This document shows positions 1-13,706 of a DNA stretch of 64,000 bases, piece after piece. The stretch is taken from contig CM060734.1 of assembly GCA_030704615.1 (NCBI GenBank), positions 20,274,001-20,338,000 of the forward strand, given 5' to 3'. Under the pieces are notes generated by a model. The model saw nothing but the letters and a program-made list of their open reading frames with translations, searched no databases and had not been told where the DNA came from. Each line of letters opens with the position of its first letter. The stretch's first letter is position 1. The position numbers and the translations under genes were made by a program. The DNA is from Takakia lepidozioides (taxonomy: Eukaryota > Plantae > Bryophyta).

Positions 1-876
1 TATTTCGTCCGCAGGGATCTTAGTGACGCCGACCGACCGAGGGCGTCCCTTGCCTTTTTTCGTTGCAGGAGTAGCTTCCTTGGCTCTAGCTTCCTTGGCT
101 CTTTTCGTTGCAGGAGTAGCTTCCTTGGCTCCAGCTTCCTTGGCTCTCTCTACTCTTTTCATTGCAGGAGTAGCTTCCTACTGCTCTCAACCAAAATACC
201 ACTACTCACCTTCTCACCCTAAAGTTCCTCTTACCCTAAGCTCCCGTACCCTTGTGATCCGCGAACGCTCCTCCTCCTCGTCAATTGCAAGACCTGTGGA
301 AATTGTTGACTCCGCGCTTCGTTTCCCCTCAGTCAATTCTCCACGTTTGTGGTTAGCCCGCTCTCGCACAAACAGCATCCTACACACAAGCCCGGAAACA
401 GAGAGAAGAAAGAAGAGTCGGAGAGGAGACAGGGCCACACACAGCCTGCTGATGGTGACTCGTGAGAGCTCATCTTCTCGAACTCTCTTAACTCTGCCTG
501 CACGGCCCCCGAGGTATTTTAGGTTTTTTTTTTCCCTGCCCTTTCTTCCCTCTTAATAAAGTTTCCAGGGCCTCTGTCCCTTGTCTATACAAAGAAATAA
601 ATGAAAGTTTTCTCTGCTCTCCAGATTCACTGGACTCTAAAGAAACTTTATCTTTATCTCTTTTCTCTTTTTTTCCATAGTAAGTCTCAAATTAAAAACT
701 TTTTTTAATCAAATTTTTCCAAGACACCTTTTTAATATGATTTAAAGGGCCTCCGTCCCCTTTCGGTTAAAATAAAAAACAAACTTCAACTAGTAAATTG
801 GTCGTTTTCAAAAACTTGCTGGCTAAGTCATTTACTCGATCTTTCCTTAACTTACCAGACATAGGGGTCCTTTTTT

Positions 877-2113
877 GAGGGGGGGCTGATGAGCAAGTAA
901 ATTGGTTGTTTTTAAAGAAAATACTTGCTGGCTAAGTCTTTTACTTGAACTTTCTAGTCCCTTATCAGAATGTAGAAATTAGGGGTCTTTTTGAGATAAG
1001 GAGGAAGAGCATGGAGGGGGAGGAGGCAGTAAGCCACCACGGTACTTATTTCTGAGGGTATTCTTCCCTGGAAGTAAGATCGTGGCATGTAGCCGTCACG
1101 AATACCGAGCAGGGCAGTGCTGGCCGGGAGGGCCATCGGGAGGATTGACTCTTTACTACAGGCCTCCCTGCCATCCGCTTGGTCGTGGTCTTGAGCACAT
1201 ATATATCTGTGGTCTGTAACTCCACCCGCCCATTCGAACCCAACCCAACCCACTTGCCCTCCACTGCTGCTCTTGGGTCTGAACAAGCGCCCGCAATAGG
1301 GGTGTACACAATCTTCGTTTTGGTCTTGACGTAGATCATCGGTAGAAATTAATTGGAAGTGAGAACCATGCATATAAGTGATTCTACCGTAGGTACAAGG
1401 TCATCGCGGTACGCCTTTCGCCATTTGGACTTCGAACTAGGACTAATTACGTGTATGTCTCGATCTTCTACAGTGGGTACAAGATTTTGCATGCAAAAGC
1501 ACTTAAGAGTGGAATTAAAACTTCACAGAGCCTGGTGTAGATATGCTGCCGAGAAGTCAAATGAAATGGTACTTGACAATGTTCGGAAGAGCTTATGGGA
1601 CGAGGAAGAAAGAAACAAGAGAGGGACTACAAGCAGCTCAAAAGCAACTATATAGCTCGAGGGATTGTCTCGGAGTCAACGCTTCATGCAGGTACGCTGC
1701 CAAGCATTTTTTATCATGGAAAGAAAGAATAGGAAGTTTAAGGTCCAGCAATTTGCAGAGCATACAAGGTTACAGTTCTGTAAAGCGAGGGAAAAAGTGA
1801 TTATGTCCGCAAAGAAAGAAAAGGAAGTTTCACACAAGGCATTCAAGGTTACAGCGAAAGTGATTCATCCGCAAAGAAAGAAAAGGAAGTTCAACAGAGC
1901 AATCATGGTTACAGCTCTATGCAAATAGAGAGAGAGAAAGTCATTACTTTTGAAGGAGGCCAAAAGGGTCCGAAGGAGGGGATACTTTCTTTTGTAGCCA
2001 CACACACCCTTCCCGACATTTCTTGGATGGAAGAGAAGGGAAGAGTACAAACTAAAACTGCACGGTCATGATTACTTCACTTCCCAAACTTTTCTGAACT
2101 CATAAGTTCTCTC
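877..2113 (+). mobile_element. Possible 3' LTR of an LTR retrotransposon extending off the left edge
   Basis: Polypurine tract GAGGGGGGGC (877-886) is followed immediately by TG (887). There is an imperfect ~120-bp duplication (about 771-880 vs 896-1000). The right boundary is a guess and no partner LTR lies in the window. Confidence 0.3.
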
Positions 2114-2343
2114 AAACTGTATGCAAAGTTACAATAAGATCCTAGCCAGTGAGATCACCATATTAATATTGATTCACCGGTCTATTCCAGCCACATACTA
2201 CACTCTGGGCAATTTTTAGCAGAGGAAATCAGCAAAGGGTCCTTGACAATTGGCAAAATATCAATTGCCTACCTTATCAAAGGGATTATGATAACACCAC
2301 TTTTCCTGCCACAACTGAGGGTTGGCTGCTGGTGCGACTGTCT

Positions 2344-5307
2344 TCAGGGATTTGTTCCTGAACGAGGTTTACTAATTTTGCCAACATTGAGCTCAGTGGC
2401 CGGGTAACTCCTGTATTTGAACCAGTGAGCTGCCCAGAGGAAGAAGATGAAGTTTAAGAAATTCAGCCCAGCCAGCAACCAGTAGAAGTAGTCCAAGTGG
2501 GCCCGATTCAAGTTGTTTATGAGCCAACTGGTCTTGCTACTAACGACAGACACTATAAAGGTGCTAACATAACTACCTATCGCTGTGGTGGTCCAAAAGA
2601 GAGCTGTTCCTGTAGCCTTCAAACTCTGGGGGGATTGGTCGTAAAAGAATTCGAGCTGGCCTATAATAACAAAGGACTCTGAAAGACCGAATAAACAGTA
2701 TTGTGGGATCAGCCAAAATGCTGAGATGGGGATTGTCAAGTCCGGTCTGTCCAGGAGTCCATATGTGCGGGCGGCGTTCCTTCTCTTGACTTCCACTACG
2801 GCTGATACTGCCATTGTTAGTGCGGCCAAGAAGAGGCCGAACCCTACACGCTGAAGGGAAGTGAGACCCCTCTCGTTGCCTGTGATACGTTTCAACATCC
2901 TCATTACGATGAAGTCGTAGATAGGGATCCATATAAGAAGGATGATGACGCCAAAGACACCGATGGAAGCTGCTGGGATTTCGAAGTGCTTGCCAAGGTG
3001 CCTGTACACAGTTATAAAACCTGACGGTCTTAGTAGGTAAATGCAGCTTAGGGTTCTGCAAGACTGCCAGCTTATATAAAGGGGTCCATTCCAATCAAAC
3101 CACGTGCTGTAGAGATGGCAGATAAAGGTTTGCATGTGAGATGTGTGGTCTACCTCTGTAGCAGCATAACCTAGTGCAGAGAAGATGAAGAAAAGGAAGA
3201 GTCATGATGGCTTCTGTACTGAACTTTACCTTTCCATACTGCGACCCTGCTGCACAGAGAATGTGCCTTGCTGGGCAACCACTGTGGCCGCAAGAATAGA
3301 GGTTGCCCATATTGGCACTAGTCGCACGAGTGTCTTTAGCTCTTCAACCTGATGCACTGTACATAGTCTCCAAGGACTGCTTCCATTGATTGTGTCACCT
3401 CCTTCCTCTATGGCCGCCTTGTCAAGAAATCTGAACACCAGTCATTGGGTAATGATGAGATGTATGTCAAGCTTGCTCAAGCCCACATGCCATGGCCATC
3501 CCCAACTACTTTATAGACGGTGGTGAGCTCGCACTGACAGGGGGAGACTGTGAGAGGTCAATTGTTATTAGTTGGGTGGAGGGAAAGGAAGCATGTCAGA
3601 CAGAGGTTTCTGGAAGGAACCTGCAGAAGGATTATCAGTACTCCTAGATCTTGGTGTAATCCAGTTGAAGAGACAAGGGCAGAATTAGTTCGTCCATATA
3701 ATCTGACAAGACTGTTTCAAAGATAGGAGGAAGATAGCTCACCTAAACTGGTTAGTGTGGGGAAGCTTGTTGTCTACTGTTGCACTCTTTGTTACCGCCT
3801 CCTTGTCATCTGTCTCATGGAGCATTGCAGAATCTGTGGGCAGCGAAAGACTTCTTTTGCGGACTGAAGCCACAAGCACTTGGGCAATTCGGGTGAAAGG
3901 ACTGCCACTGGGGGATACATGTCTATAGAGAGAATAACCTGCAACGAAGGATATGAGAGCCAAAAGCATGGCCACTGCTGGTATCCCAAACCCCCAACCC
4001 CAGCCAACATTGTCTTGTACGTACACAATCACTGTTATTGCACCGAGGATGGACAGACCAACACTGAAATAGTACCAGTTAAAGAAATGCCACATTTGCT
4101 CATTTTCTTTTGGATCTGATTGGTCGAACTGGTCAGCTCCAAAGGCTGCTACACAGGGTCGGATTCCCCCAGTTCCCACAGCTTGAAAGAAAAGAGCAGT
4201 GTATAGGAACCACAACTGGTTAGAGGTAGCCTCCTTGCAGCCGCCATGAATTTCCGCATCGAAAGCACATGCTGTAGGTTTCAGGGATGGGACTATGACT
4301 GACATTGTCAAAAAGACAATTCCCTGCATGTCAACAATGTCCGGAAGGTTACTTTCATGTTATCCACAAAACGCTCTGCAATGAAACTTCAGAGTTGAAA
4401 GGGTGATAAAGAGGGCTAAGAGAGCTGTTCAGAGAGAAAGCCTTTCTATGATTATTTTTATCAGCATGTTTTCAGAGGGGCATTCAGTTCCAAAAACTTG
4501 ACGTAAGACCTTACCAGCATGTTGATTGCTGAAGCGATGGCTATGGTTTTGAAGCGCCCCAGATATGCATCAGCAATGTAGGCACCTACTAGCGGGGTCA
4601 GGCCAGACGTTCCACTAAAATTATTGATAATGTTGGCAGCCTTCACAGTGGGTAGATGCATCTCCGACACCAAAAATGTCACCAGATTGAATGTCAGCCC
4701 AAATCCTGCAAGTCTTTCACATAGCTCGGTGGCTGAAAGGAGTCAAGACAAGGAAAGTCCGTCAGCAAATCAATGGCTTCATGCTAATTCGTAATCAAGC
4801 ATTCTAATGCAGTTTGTTGCCATGTAGAGCTGCCTCACCGAAGAGAGTCCTTCGCGGATCTAGCCTATGCAAACTTCGAAAGGATTGAAGGAAAGATTCA
4901 GAGCCCTACATGCAGAAAACTCAGACTAACAGATCCTCAAGAATGTCTTCAAAACAAGAAATTGGAGGAATGGTGGAAGTAGGGACAGTGCTATCAAATC
5001 GAATGAAACACAAAATGCAGCTTTCCAATTTATTTGCAGATACCTATGACATCTGGTGGAAATAAATGACTGGAATACCAGTTGAACCTCCACTATTTCT
5101 CAGCTACTGCATCTCAAACTGCCCTTGGACCTTGAAATTGCGGAGGTAGGCCGGGGAAAGGAACTCACCGAAAATGAAGGGAGTAGTCTTCCAGCCACCG
5201 TCCTTGCGCCTTCGAGTGGCAAAGTTCTTTGAATCGGCCAAAGCACCAGCATTAACCGTGCCCTCATTGTTGTTTGGATGATCCTCATTTCCCTCACTTT
5301 CTTGAAC
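2344..5307 (-). CDS. NPF: NRT1/PTR FAMILY (NPF/POT) nitrate/peptide transporter, spliced
   Basis: GT-AG exons 5307-5169 (GGWKTTPFIF), 4732-4515 (ATELCERLA, ExxERLA motif; ADAYLGRF), 4323-3743 (GTGGIRPCVAAFGADQFD, FFNWYYF), 3430-3230 (FLDKAA, WRLCTVHQVEELK) and 3001-2344 (LEFFYDQSP, HLDYFYWLLA, stop) join in frame. The start codon is unresolved and probably lies in a further upstream exon. Confidence 0.93.
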
Positions 5308-8300
5308 CTGAATCGATCATAGCCAGCGACCCACAACGCTTAAAAATGCCCGTCCCCAAATGTTGCAGTATCTAACTGGACCCTGGCCGTCAAACTCAAT
5401 TGCCGAGCATGTGCTTGTGCAAGATCTCCACGCTCGGATTATGTAATCGTTAGACACAAATTTGTCTGTAGTTACAAAGAGTACAATCGAATGCTAGAAA
5501 CAATATTAGCAAAACTTGGAAGTGTCAATCCTCTGTCTCAATGTTGCTTTCGATTTGGAGGGAGTCTACCCACCAACCCCTCATTCCTACCAACGTCCTG
5601 GACTGGTTGGCACGCGGTAAGTAGTAACAGGGAAGTGACCCACAGGCGCTTTCCCGGGCACATTGTTTGATTGCAAGAGTTTGCCGCCATACCCACAAGG
5701 GGTGTACGGGAGTGAGCCACGAACTCCTTGCTTGTGGTAGTTGGGTTGCATTGATTCAGAATAACGCGAACATTACACATATCAGACAGAAGAGGACAGG
5801 CGTACGAGACATGCGGTAGAGATTGCAACAATGAACTCCCCACATAGGATGAAGACACAAACGTTCAAGAGGAAGGGACGTGGAGAAAGAGGAAGAGAAT
5901 GTTGGAACTTCGTACGGTATAGCACGAATTCATTCGAGCAAAGAAATATACTGGGTTTGGGTTGGGAGGGAGGAACAGCTGTTAGAGTTCATTTTTTCGG
6001 TAGAGGCGTCGAATTTCGAGACCCAGGTTCAAAAAGTCCTAGCAGAATGGTCGATGGTCGAGAAGTAAAAGTGAGAAGCGTAATATGTCACGAAAGTGTC
6101 CAGTCGCAAAAGGAGAGACACATTGATAGAAAAAGTGTTACTTTTCAGAGAAACAAAAAGAAACAACACAACGACCACATGGGACTGGGATGAGAAGAAG
6201 ATTACCTGCTTTGATTCCAGGAAGCAACTTGAGATAGGAAGTCTCCATCCCCAACATTTGGCCACTGCCGGTGCAATCCTCATTTTATCCGAACTCTGTA
6301 CCACAGCTCGACCACAATCGAAACAGCGCCTCCACTGCCACCCCAGTGCCGTGCACAGATAGTACCAGGCAGAACTTCGCTTTTCCTCCGTTACCGAGAG
6401 AGAGAGAGAGAGTGAGAGAGTCTATGTGTAGAGTTTCAGAGCCTCCCGAAGGAATTTCCCCAGAGAACTAAGCAGAGCACACGCCATTCCAATCAGCATT
6501 GATGCGTGATGAGATTCTCTACATCTACAAAAAGGGATATCTCAGGAAGATACTGAATCTGACGCCTCTGGAAAGAGATAGATAGGGAAATGTTCCAGTA
6601 ACTGCAAGGTCTGCAGACTTTCGCTATTCTGATCAGCTTAGAAATGTCAATGAGGCTTTTGTAAAGAGAGTTCGGGCTTATCTCACTCGGAGCTTGTACT
6701 TTAGAACCAGCGAGAACAGAGTAAGGAAGTGCTGCTACCTGCACAACACTCTTAGTAGCTGACTTACGCCATTGTGATCAGTTTTCATATAGTAATGAAA
6801 CACTACAAAGGGAGAAGGGTTATCCCATGTCGAACTCGAATGCAGTCTTCGGACACACATACAAGAAAGCTACCACGTGCAAATGAAGGTAGAGAAACAC
6901 ACTGCGAGATAATTGCACTACACTGTGGAGACAGACAGTGCACATTTATGGGTTCTCTCCCTTCCTGATTTATGGGCCACTACCCACCTCCAATCGCCTG
7001 TACAAGAGCCAGTCCCCACCGGCACGCGGCGGTAGACCTGACCACACGCGTGAAAATACTAAACCATTACACCTGTAGATTGCTAGCTCCAAGCACTTCT
7101 TCTTGGAACTGGGGTAACATATATGAGATTTACAAAGAATTTCAGCTGTGTTGTGGGGTTGTGTAATAAGCTCACGTCAGTCTGGCAATCTAGCCACTGA
7201 TTATTTCCGTAGGAAAAAAAAAATTGGTGGTTTATAAATTAGCTCCTCACGGACACCCATGTGCAGAACTGGGAATTGCACAATCCTACGTTTTCAGAAA
7301 CACAAGAGATAACAGCCGAAGTTGAGATTCTGCACATGTATTAAGTTAGGCTTAGATCAGGCTTCCCTTCCTAGTTAGTGAGAGATCAGTCTTTCCTTCC
7401 AATTTGTCCCTCCCTGATCACACAGCACTGCATTGGCGAGGACAGTTTTGAGGTGTAAATGTAATTGGGTGTCTTTGTACTGGGCATTAACTGCACAACT
7501 CCATCCATTCCCTGCCTGGAACTTGCAAGTTTGCTACCTCTCATCATCTGCACCTCGTGCTTCTTCAATCCTCCTGGCTCATGGGCTATCCTCTTTTCAC
7601 CACGAACACACATTCGTTCAATACCTAGAGTGCGAATTCTTTTGGATGCTCACTTATACAATATGATTTCCTTCATTTCTTTCATTTTCGAACTGGCTGT
7701 ACGACAAATTGCAGCGTTTGGGTCAGAGTTTGCTCCGAATGAGACGGTTCAGGGATGCAAGCAGTAATGGAGCTGGGTCCCATGATCCATCAAGTGTTAC
7801 ATACGTGGGTAGCTCTGTGGTGTGGAAATATGTATCCAGATTCCGGATGTGGGTGTCCCAATTATTATGAAGGTTTCTGCATATCGATGTGTCCGTGTGA
7901 GCCTACTACAACCAATCAAGCAGTATTTAGAAGAAACAATTAATATTGGCTATGGGGAACATGATATATAGTCCTGAGATTTATTTGGTACTAAGACTTG
8001 TGTGATGTTTTGTTAGTTTATTTTAAAGAAAGAGAAACACTGGGATTAGACTATTATACCACACCTGCCAAGGGAGCAGGACAGTGGGTGGACTATCCAA
8101 CTTTGGTGGTTCTATCTTTCGTTTAGTAGACTAAGTACATTTCTTCATCCACTATTGAATGGGAGAGTGGAGAGTAAAGGGAGAGTGCGGTTGCCCTGCC
8201 TAATGTTAACTTACTGTTTGGGGCAACAACAGTAAAGACCCTGAGATGTTAGGTGCAGTATACTTGGTCAGAGTTGAATTTGCACTCCTGCCCTGCAATG

Positions 8301-11300
8301 TGCTCAGAAATGTAAGTGCACAAATGATCACAACTATACACTGCACCTCTAATCGTTGAAACTTGAGCCTACCTTAGCCGTGGCGCAATCGCTTTCTATG
8401 AGAGTAAAGTTCGGCAGGCTTTGTAGTGGACCAATGCCTATGTTGTGGAATGAATGAAACCTTCAGCCTTACAATCTTCATGTTCTGGGTCATGGTGGTT
8501 TGACACGGTTGTTGGGTGGTGAAGTTAAATCGTTAAATCCTTGCGAAGAAGGGTTTTTTGGGTAAGACTATCTCTTTCTTATTATTATGGCAGTTTCCAA
8601 ACTGCAACCTCAAATCAAATGCTTTTCACAATCAGAGGTTGGGCGTCCGTTCGTTTTGGCTGCAACGCGCAGCTGTCACCGCAAAGTGTGTTGGTTGCCG
8701 CGGCGGTACAGGGCTTCGTCCCGAGTAGGCCTGTCGTATAGTGAAAAGGAACGCTGTTTTCCCTGCGATTTTGCTCTCGTGTGAACAGCGTAGAAGTCCC
8801 TACGAAAAGCTTGGAGTAGGTATATAAATTTCTATCATGTGCCGGGGCCCGGAAGAGGCCGTACAGGGTAAGTTGGTAGATGTAATATTCATGCAGTGGG
8901 CAAGGTGTACTAGTTATGGGAACTAGCAGCTAAGTTACTGCTTGGGGGTTAGGTGCCTCAGTTCCTAGGACACTGTGATGAGTAAAAGGAAATCTGTTAG
9001 ATATGGTGAGCATGTTATTTAATTTGCCTGTATCTGACTCATGTTGACTTGCTGTATCCACGTTTAAGTGATTGCAGTGAATACCATCCAATTGGTCAAA
9101 CCACCCACATGCTTCAGTGCCCAGATATATTTCTTTTCATACGAGTTCCTGAAATGGAATCCCCATACTGACAACTCGGCGGCATCAAATGTTTCCTTAG
9201 GGCCTATTGATTCGATCCAGCCCTTTTTTTCATTTTTGCCTTGGCGTGGATGTGGCGAAATATTTTTGGGACTGAGTGCAGAGGTGGCGACAAGTACATA
9301 CTACAATGTCCACCTAGAATCCACCTCGCTACAAGTATGCAACATACTGTGCAATATGGCGATCAGACGGTGCAATATGGCAATATGGTTACGCTGCAAT
9401 ATGGCTACATATATATGTGCAACATGGTTACTGGCTGGAGCTCAGACGGTGGTGATAGGTGCAGGTGGCGAAATCGTGCTGACCCCTGGTGCGATGGGGC
9501 GCCAGCCCTTGGATTTAGGGCGCCATGCTCCCTAGTTCCCAGGCGAAAAGGGTGGGTTCCCCAGGTGCTTTCACCAGCTCGTAGGGCTCGTAGGCCCCCG
9601 CCCCGTTTGGGCGATATTTTTTATTTTTGCCCCTGTTTTTTGTATAGCGGTGTTGAGGGCCCACATTTTTTGGTGCTTTTAGGCTTTTTTTCGCCTAAAA
9701 AGGAGGGGCTGATTCGATCTGAAAGTATAGAACTATGCTCCAAGTGGGCCTGGGAGTGGATCATGGACAATTTATAACTGCATGCGCTTATAATCAGACT
9801 TGTAGCTACTAATAAGCGCAGCAAAACTGTTCTGCGTGCACCACCGTTTTTTTTGGGGGAGTGCTTTTGCCGGGACGTGGCTATGTAAGGACAAGTTCAA
9901 TTATACCCCACCCACTCCGTCCCTCACAACTTTCTGCACTCTGGTCGGCCCAATCCCAGAAAACCAACAGAAGTCTGAGGGATCCTCCTTCTCTCAGCCA
10001 GCCATCTTTCCCATTTGAAGCAATAACTTCCCTCTCTCACTGGAGGACACAACAAGCACAAGTGTAAGGGCGTCCAAATGCACTTGCCACTGCTGAATTG
10101 CCCACTCCCGGCAGTCAAATACTAGGCCTCGGGAGTAGCAAAAAACTAAGGATTTTATTTGAAAAAGAAGGCCAAACTTGAAAGCCCATCCATTGTTGGG
10201 AACCCGGTTTTTCGAACCAACAAGAAAGCCTAGTTATATCTGAGTGTGGGCGAAATTACCACTTGTCCGAAGGAAGGCGGGAGTAGAATTTTCTTAACAC
10301 TACACTTGACATTTGTCTTTGTAAAATAAGAAGATTGCCAACAAATCTCAGTCGGGCCTCTGGTCCCTTTTCCCAAACAAAAAGGAAAAAGAAGAGAGAT
10401 GATGCCAGCCACCCCCTTTGGGAGGTGGGTTCTATCGTTCTATCACTTAAAAGAACACTTGTTCAGGATTGACTGTATGAAAAAAAATGCCCTCGAAGGA
10501 GCGATGCCGTTGCCTGCAGTCTAATTTCTAGCTGAGATGGAATCGAGAGCCGAAGGAAAACATGAGAAATTGAGAATCGCAGGGTGCCTGTATTGGGTGT
10601 GCGCGTGTGCCCTGCTTTAAGGCCACCTTGTGTCAGAAACAGACGGTACAGTGTACACTGATGCAGCCCCAATGAAGGCTCACGCCTCCCACAGCGGCGC
10701 CTCCCTACCTTCGTACAACGCCATTCTTTTGTTGTCTATTGCTCCGTAAGTTGCCTTGTACCTTCCAGACCTCATGGGCGGTGACAATAACTGACATTCA
10801 TCCCCGATATTAGCCGGATACTCCGTTTGCAGCAAGTTTGGGGATCATCAAGCTTACGGCTCATTGAATCTTGGAGGTGGTAAGTACACTATGCATGCAA
10901 AGGATGCTAACCTCCCATAAGCAGCCCGGATTACAAGTGTTCTGTCTAGTTGCTGATTTCGGATGGACGTTTGCTCTTATACCTGTAGGCTGTGATCATG
11001 CTGCATTCTGTGTTACTGTGTAATGTGTCATATTTGTGCCATTGCACCAGGGCTACCTACAGTAATACAAGCAACCATTTCGTCTGTGCGCTGCATGTTT
11101 TTTTTTCTTACACGAGTTTGTGCACTCAGTGTCGGTAAGTCTCCTGTTGGGGCCTGTCCAAGCGTGTCACACAGTGAGTCGAGAGAGCTCAATTTCTTAG
11201 AGTCACTTGAATGATTTTGAATACCTATGAAGAACTCCAAGGCTCAAGCCTACCTAGATCAGGAGATTGGCTCAAGATCCTATGGCACCCACGATCCGCA

Positions 11301-12700
11301 ATACCGTACTACAAATAACTTCACGTCAGGGCGCCTAATCATCATTAGCATTATTCCCACATTCTTACATACAGTGCTCATGGCGCATGGGTGCGAAACT
11401 TCCCTTGTTCTGGCGGCTGCCAGTGCCAGAAAAAGGCCTACTGACACCAGCGGCGATCCTTTTGCTAACTCCAATAAAAAGAAGTTTCTATATCAACGTG
11501 GTCCTCCAGTTGCCTCGTAGCCGAACTTCGAAGTTGGTGTTCAACAATGGCCCCTCCAGAGTTCATCCACATTGACAGATCCGTTCTTGGATTATGCTCC
11601 TCCGTTCACGAATCACAGCAACTTGTCCTGCAGTTCTTTGTCAGCTATGCATCATCTTGCTACGGAACTCTACTAAATGGCTGACGTTGTCACTGAGAGC
11701 AGCAGTAAGTAACTTGCTTTCACAGGCCACAGACGGTGTTAACTAACTGCTGCAAAAGGCTGTGGAGCAGAAGTGCTGCCAAGCCCATGATTTGCATCAT
11801 TCAAGTGCCAGTCAAAGATGTCAGGTTGTGCCTCTATATCCACATTCCACATATACCTCCCCTCTCAAGAGTGACGGATATAGGAGTGACACGGAACGGG
11901 GTGACAGTTGAAGTGGGCCATTAGCGGCCACCGGGGTGACACGAAAGGGAGTGTCACTCCCTGACACCAAGTACAAAGAAGAAGAGACACCAATAGTGGA
12001 GTGACATGGAATAGGGTGACATCACCGGAGTGATACAGATGAGGGGTGACATGGCAATCCCACAAGAATGCAACCCTGCACCTCATAGCTACCATTGCCG
12101 TACCACACGGCTACACATAAAATATTTACTAGTGAGGTAAGAACGGGTGGGCCGGATTTGAGCCAAAGTAGCGGACGCTTGTGAGACTTGCATGGGAAAA
12201 AAAGAAAAAAGAGGAAAAAAAATCTATCCTTTTCCACGGCGCGGCTTCTGAAGCACACTTTTCTTTCTTTGGGAATTTGGGAAATCAGCAAACATAATCT
12301 TCAATTTGGCTTTTCTTAGTTATTTATACCCGGGTTGTTAGCCGGTTGGTATTACCAAGGGAATAACGGTCCCGTTGATAGTTTATACTAGGTGAACCGT
12401 TCGCAAATAAGAATTATGATACCGTAGTTCCCCTGCATGTTTGCGGTTTTAGTGGGGCCAAGAGAAAGCCCTTCCTCTCAGGCCGGCGGGCCCGACCCTG
12501 TCAAGCGGTGGGTCTTCGCCGCCACACGTGTCAACCTCCCAAAACCACCACCACCTTGACACTTGTACACTACATACCCGTAACAAGTTTCCCAATTTTT
12601 TGCCTTCGTATTTTGGGGATGTTATAGTAGAATTTCCCGACTCTCAGACCTTAGAGGGAATTCCCCCATATCCTCCATAAGATAACATCATGCGCATACC

Positions 12701-12880
12701 AGCTGGTAGCTCAGCTGGTCAGTGCACAATGTGTCGCCTTGGTGGTTCGGGGTTCAAACCTGCTGCCCTGCCCCCTGTGTGGATTGTTCATGGCGTTCTA
12801 TCTTGATGTTGTTCGTCCTTTGTCCCTCCATGGCCCCATAAATGAAAGGGGGTTAATTCAAATAAAAATAAAAATAAAAC
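12701..12880 (+). mobile_element. tRNA-derived SINE-like element, copy 1
   Basis: Pol III A box TAGCTCAGCTGG and B box GGTTCAAACC (12751-12760), A-rich tail; a similar copy lies at 13557-13706. Confidence 0.65.
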
Positions 12881-13051
12881 AATCACGTGGGAAAAATGTG
12901 ATATTATCTATATTAAATAGTAGATGGTCCTGCGGTTTTCTGTCCAAATATAAACAGTTTAAAAAGCTACAAAAAAAGTTGCAACACAATACATTAGCAA
13001 AAGTAGAGAAGCACAGCCAAAGAGATATATCTATGTTGTATATAAGACAAC

Positions 13052-13225
13052 CAGCATGTAGCCCAGTGGTAATGGGCACATACCACATTGGATGTGGTTG
13101 TGGGTTCAAACCACTGTCTGGTGTGTCATGAAGGTGTCCACCTTCCCAGTGGAAGGCAGTAGTCCTTCGGGGTAAGTGACACCATAAGTTATGCCCCCTT
13201 GGGGAGGCGTCATACTTTTTTTTTT
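13052..13225 (+). mobile_element. tRNA-derived SINE-like head of a second family
   Basis: TAGCCCAGTGG A box and GGTTCAAACC B box at tRNA spacing; no convincing cloverleaf; right boundary approximate. Confidence 0.4.
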
Positions 13226-13556
13226 TTATCACATACAACAAAATCCTTGAAGAGAACCTCAAACTACCCCCTACGCATTCCACCCCCTACGCATTTCACC
13301 CCCTACATACCATACATTTTACAACTATCACTCCGGAGGTTGGGTAGCGAGTGAGCATGCTCACGCCCGCATGAGCACAAGCGAATATACCGCATATTCC
13401 TAAGATGCCTTTCGAATACTCTTCAGCCAAACGAAAAATTGAGAAACTGAAAAATTTGCGAAACTAATTTTAACTGCTCACATAGGCCCTCACAGCAACA
13501 CTTAAGAAACAAGTAACCCCTATAAATGATGAACACATTTAAATTTTTTGCACATT

Positions 13557-13706
13557 AGCTGGTATCTCAGCTGGTAAGTGCACAGTGTGTCGCCCTGGTG
13601 GTTTGGGGTTCAAACCCGTTGCCCTGCCTGGTGTGTGGATTGTTTGTGGCCGGTTGGTCTGGCCCACCTGTGTGCCTAATGGCTTATCTGAAAGGGGGTT
13701 AATTTT
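13557..13706 (+). mobile_element. tRNA-derived SINE-like element, copy 2
   Basis: Aligns by eye with 12701-12858 (AGCTGGTA.CTCAGCTGGT.AGTGCACA.TGTGTCGCC...GGTTCAAACC...GAAAGGGGGTTAATT). Confidence 0.65.

Noticed and set aside
23-556. 177-aa ORF
   Set aside because: The N-terminus derives from a short tandem repeat (GCAGGAGTAGCTTCC) and no domain is recognisable.
4839-4900. Candidate first exon of the NPF gene (GTGAG donor at 4838)
   Set aside because: It lacks the conserved GGW..PFI motif, which is found in the exon ending at 5169.
5400-11800. Numerous short ORFs
   Set aside because: No recognisable motifs or consistent exon structure; treated as intergenic or decayed repeat sequence.
12701-13706. 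tRNA genes
   Set aside because: A and B boxes are present but acceptor/anticodon stems are not convincing, and similarity extends past the tRNA-like part; treated as SINEs.
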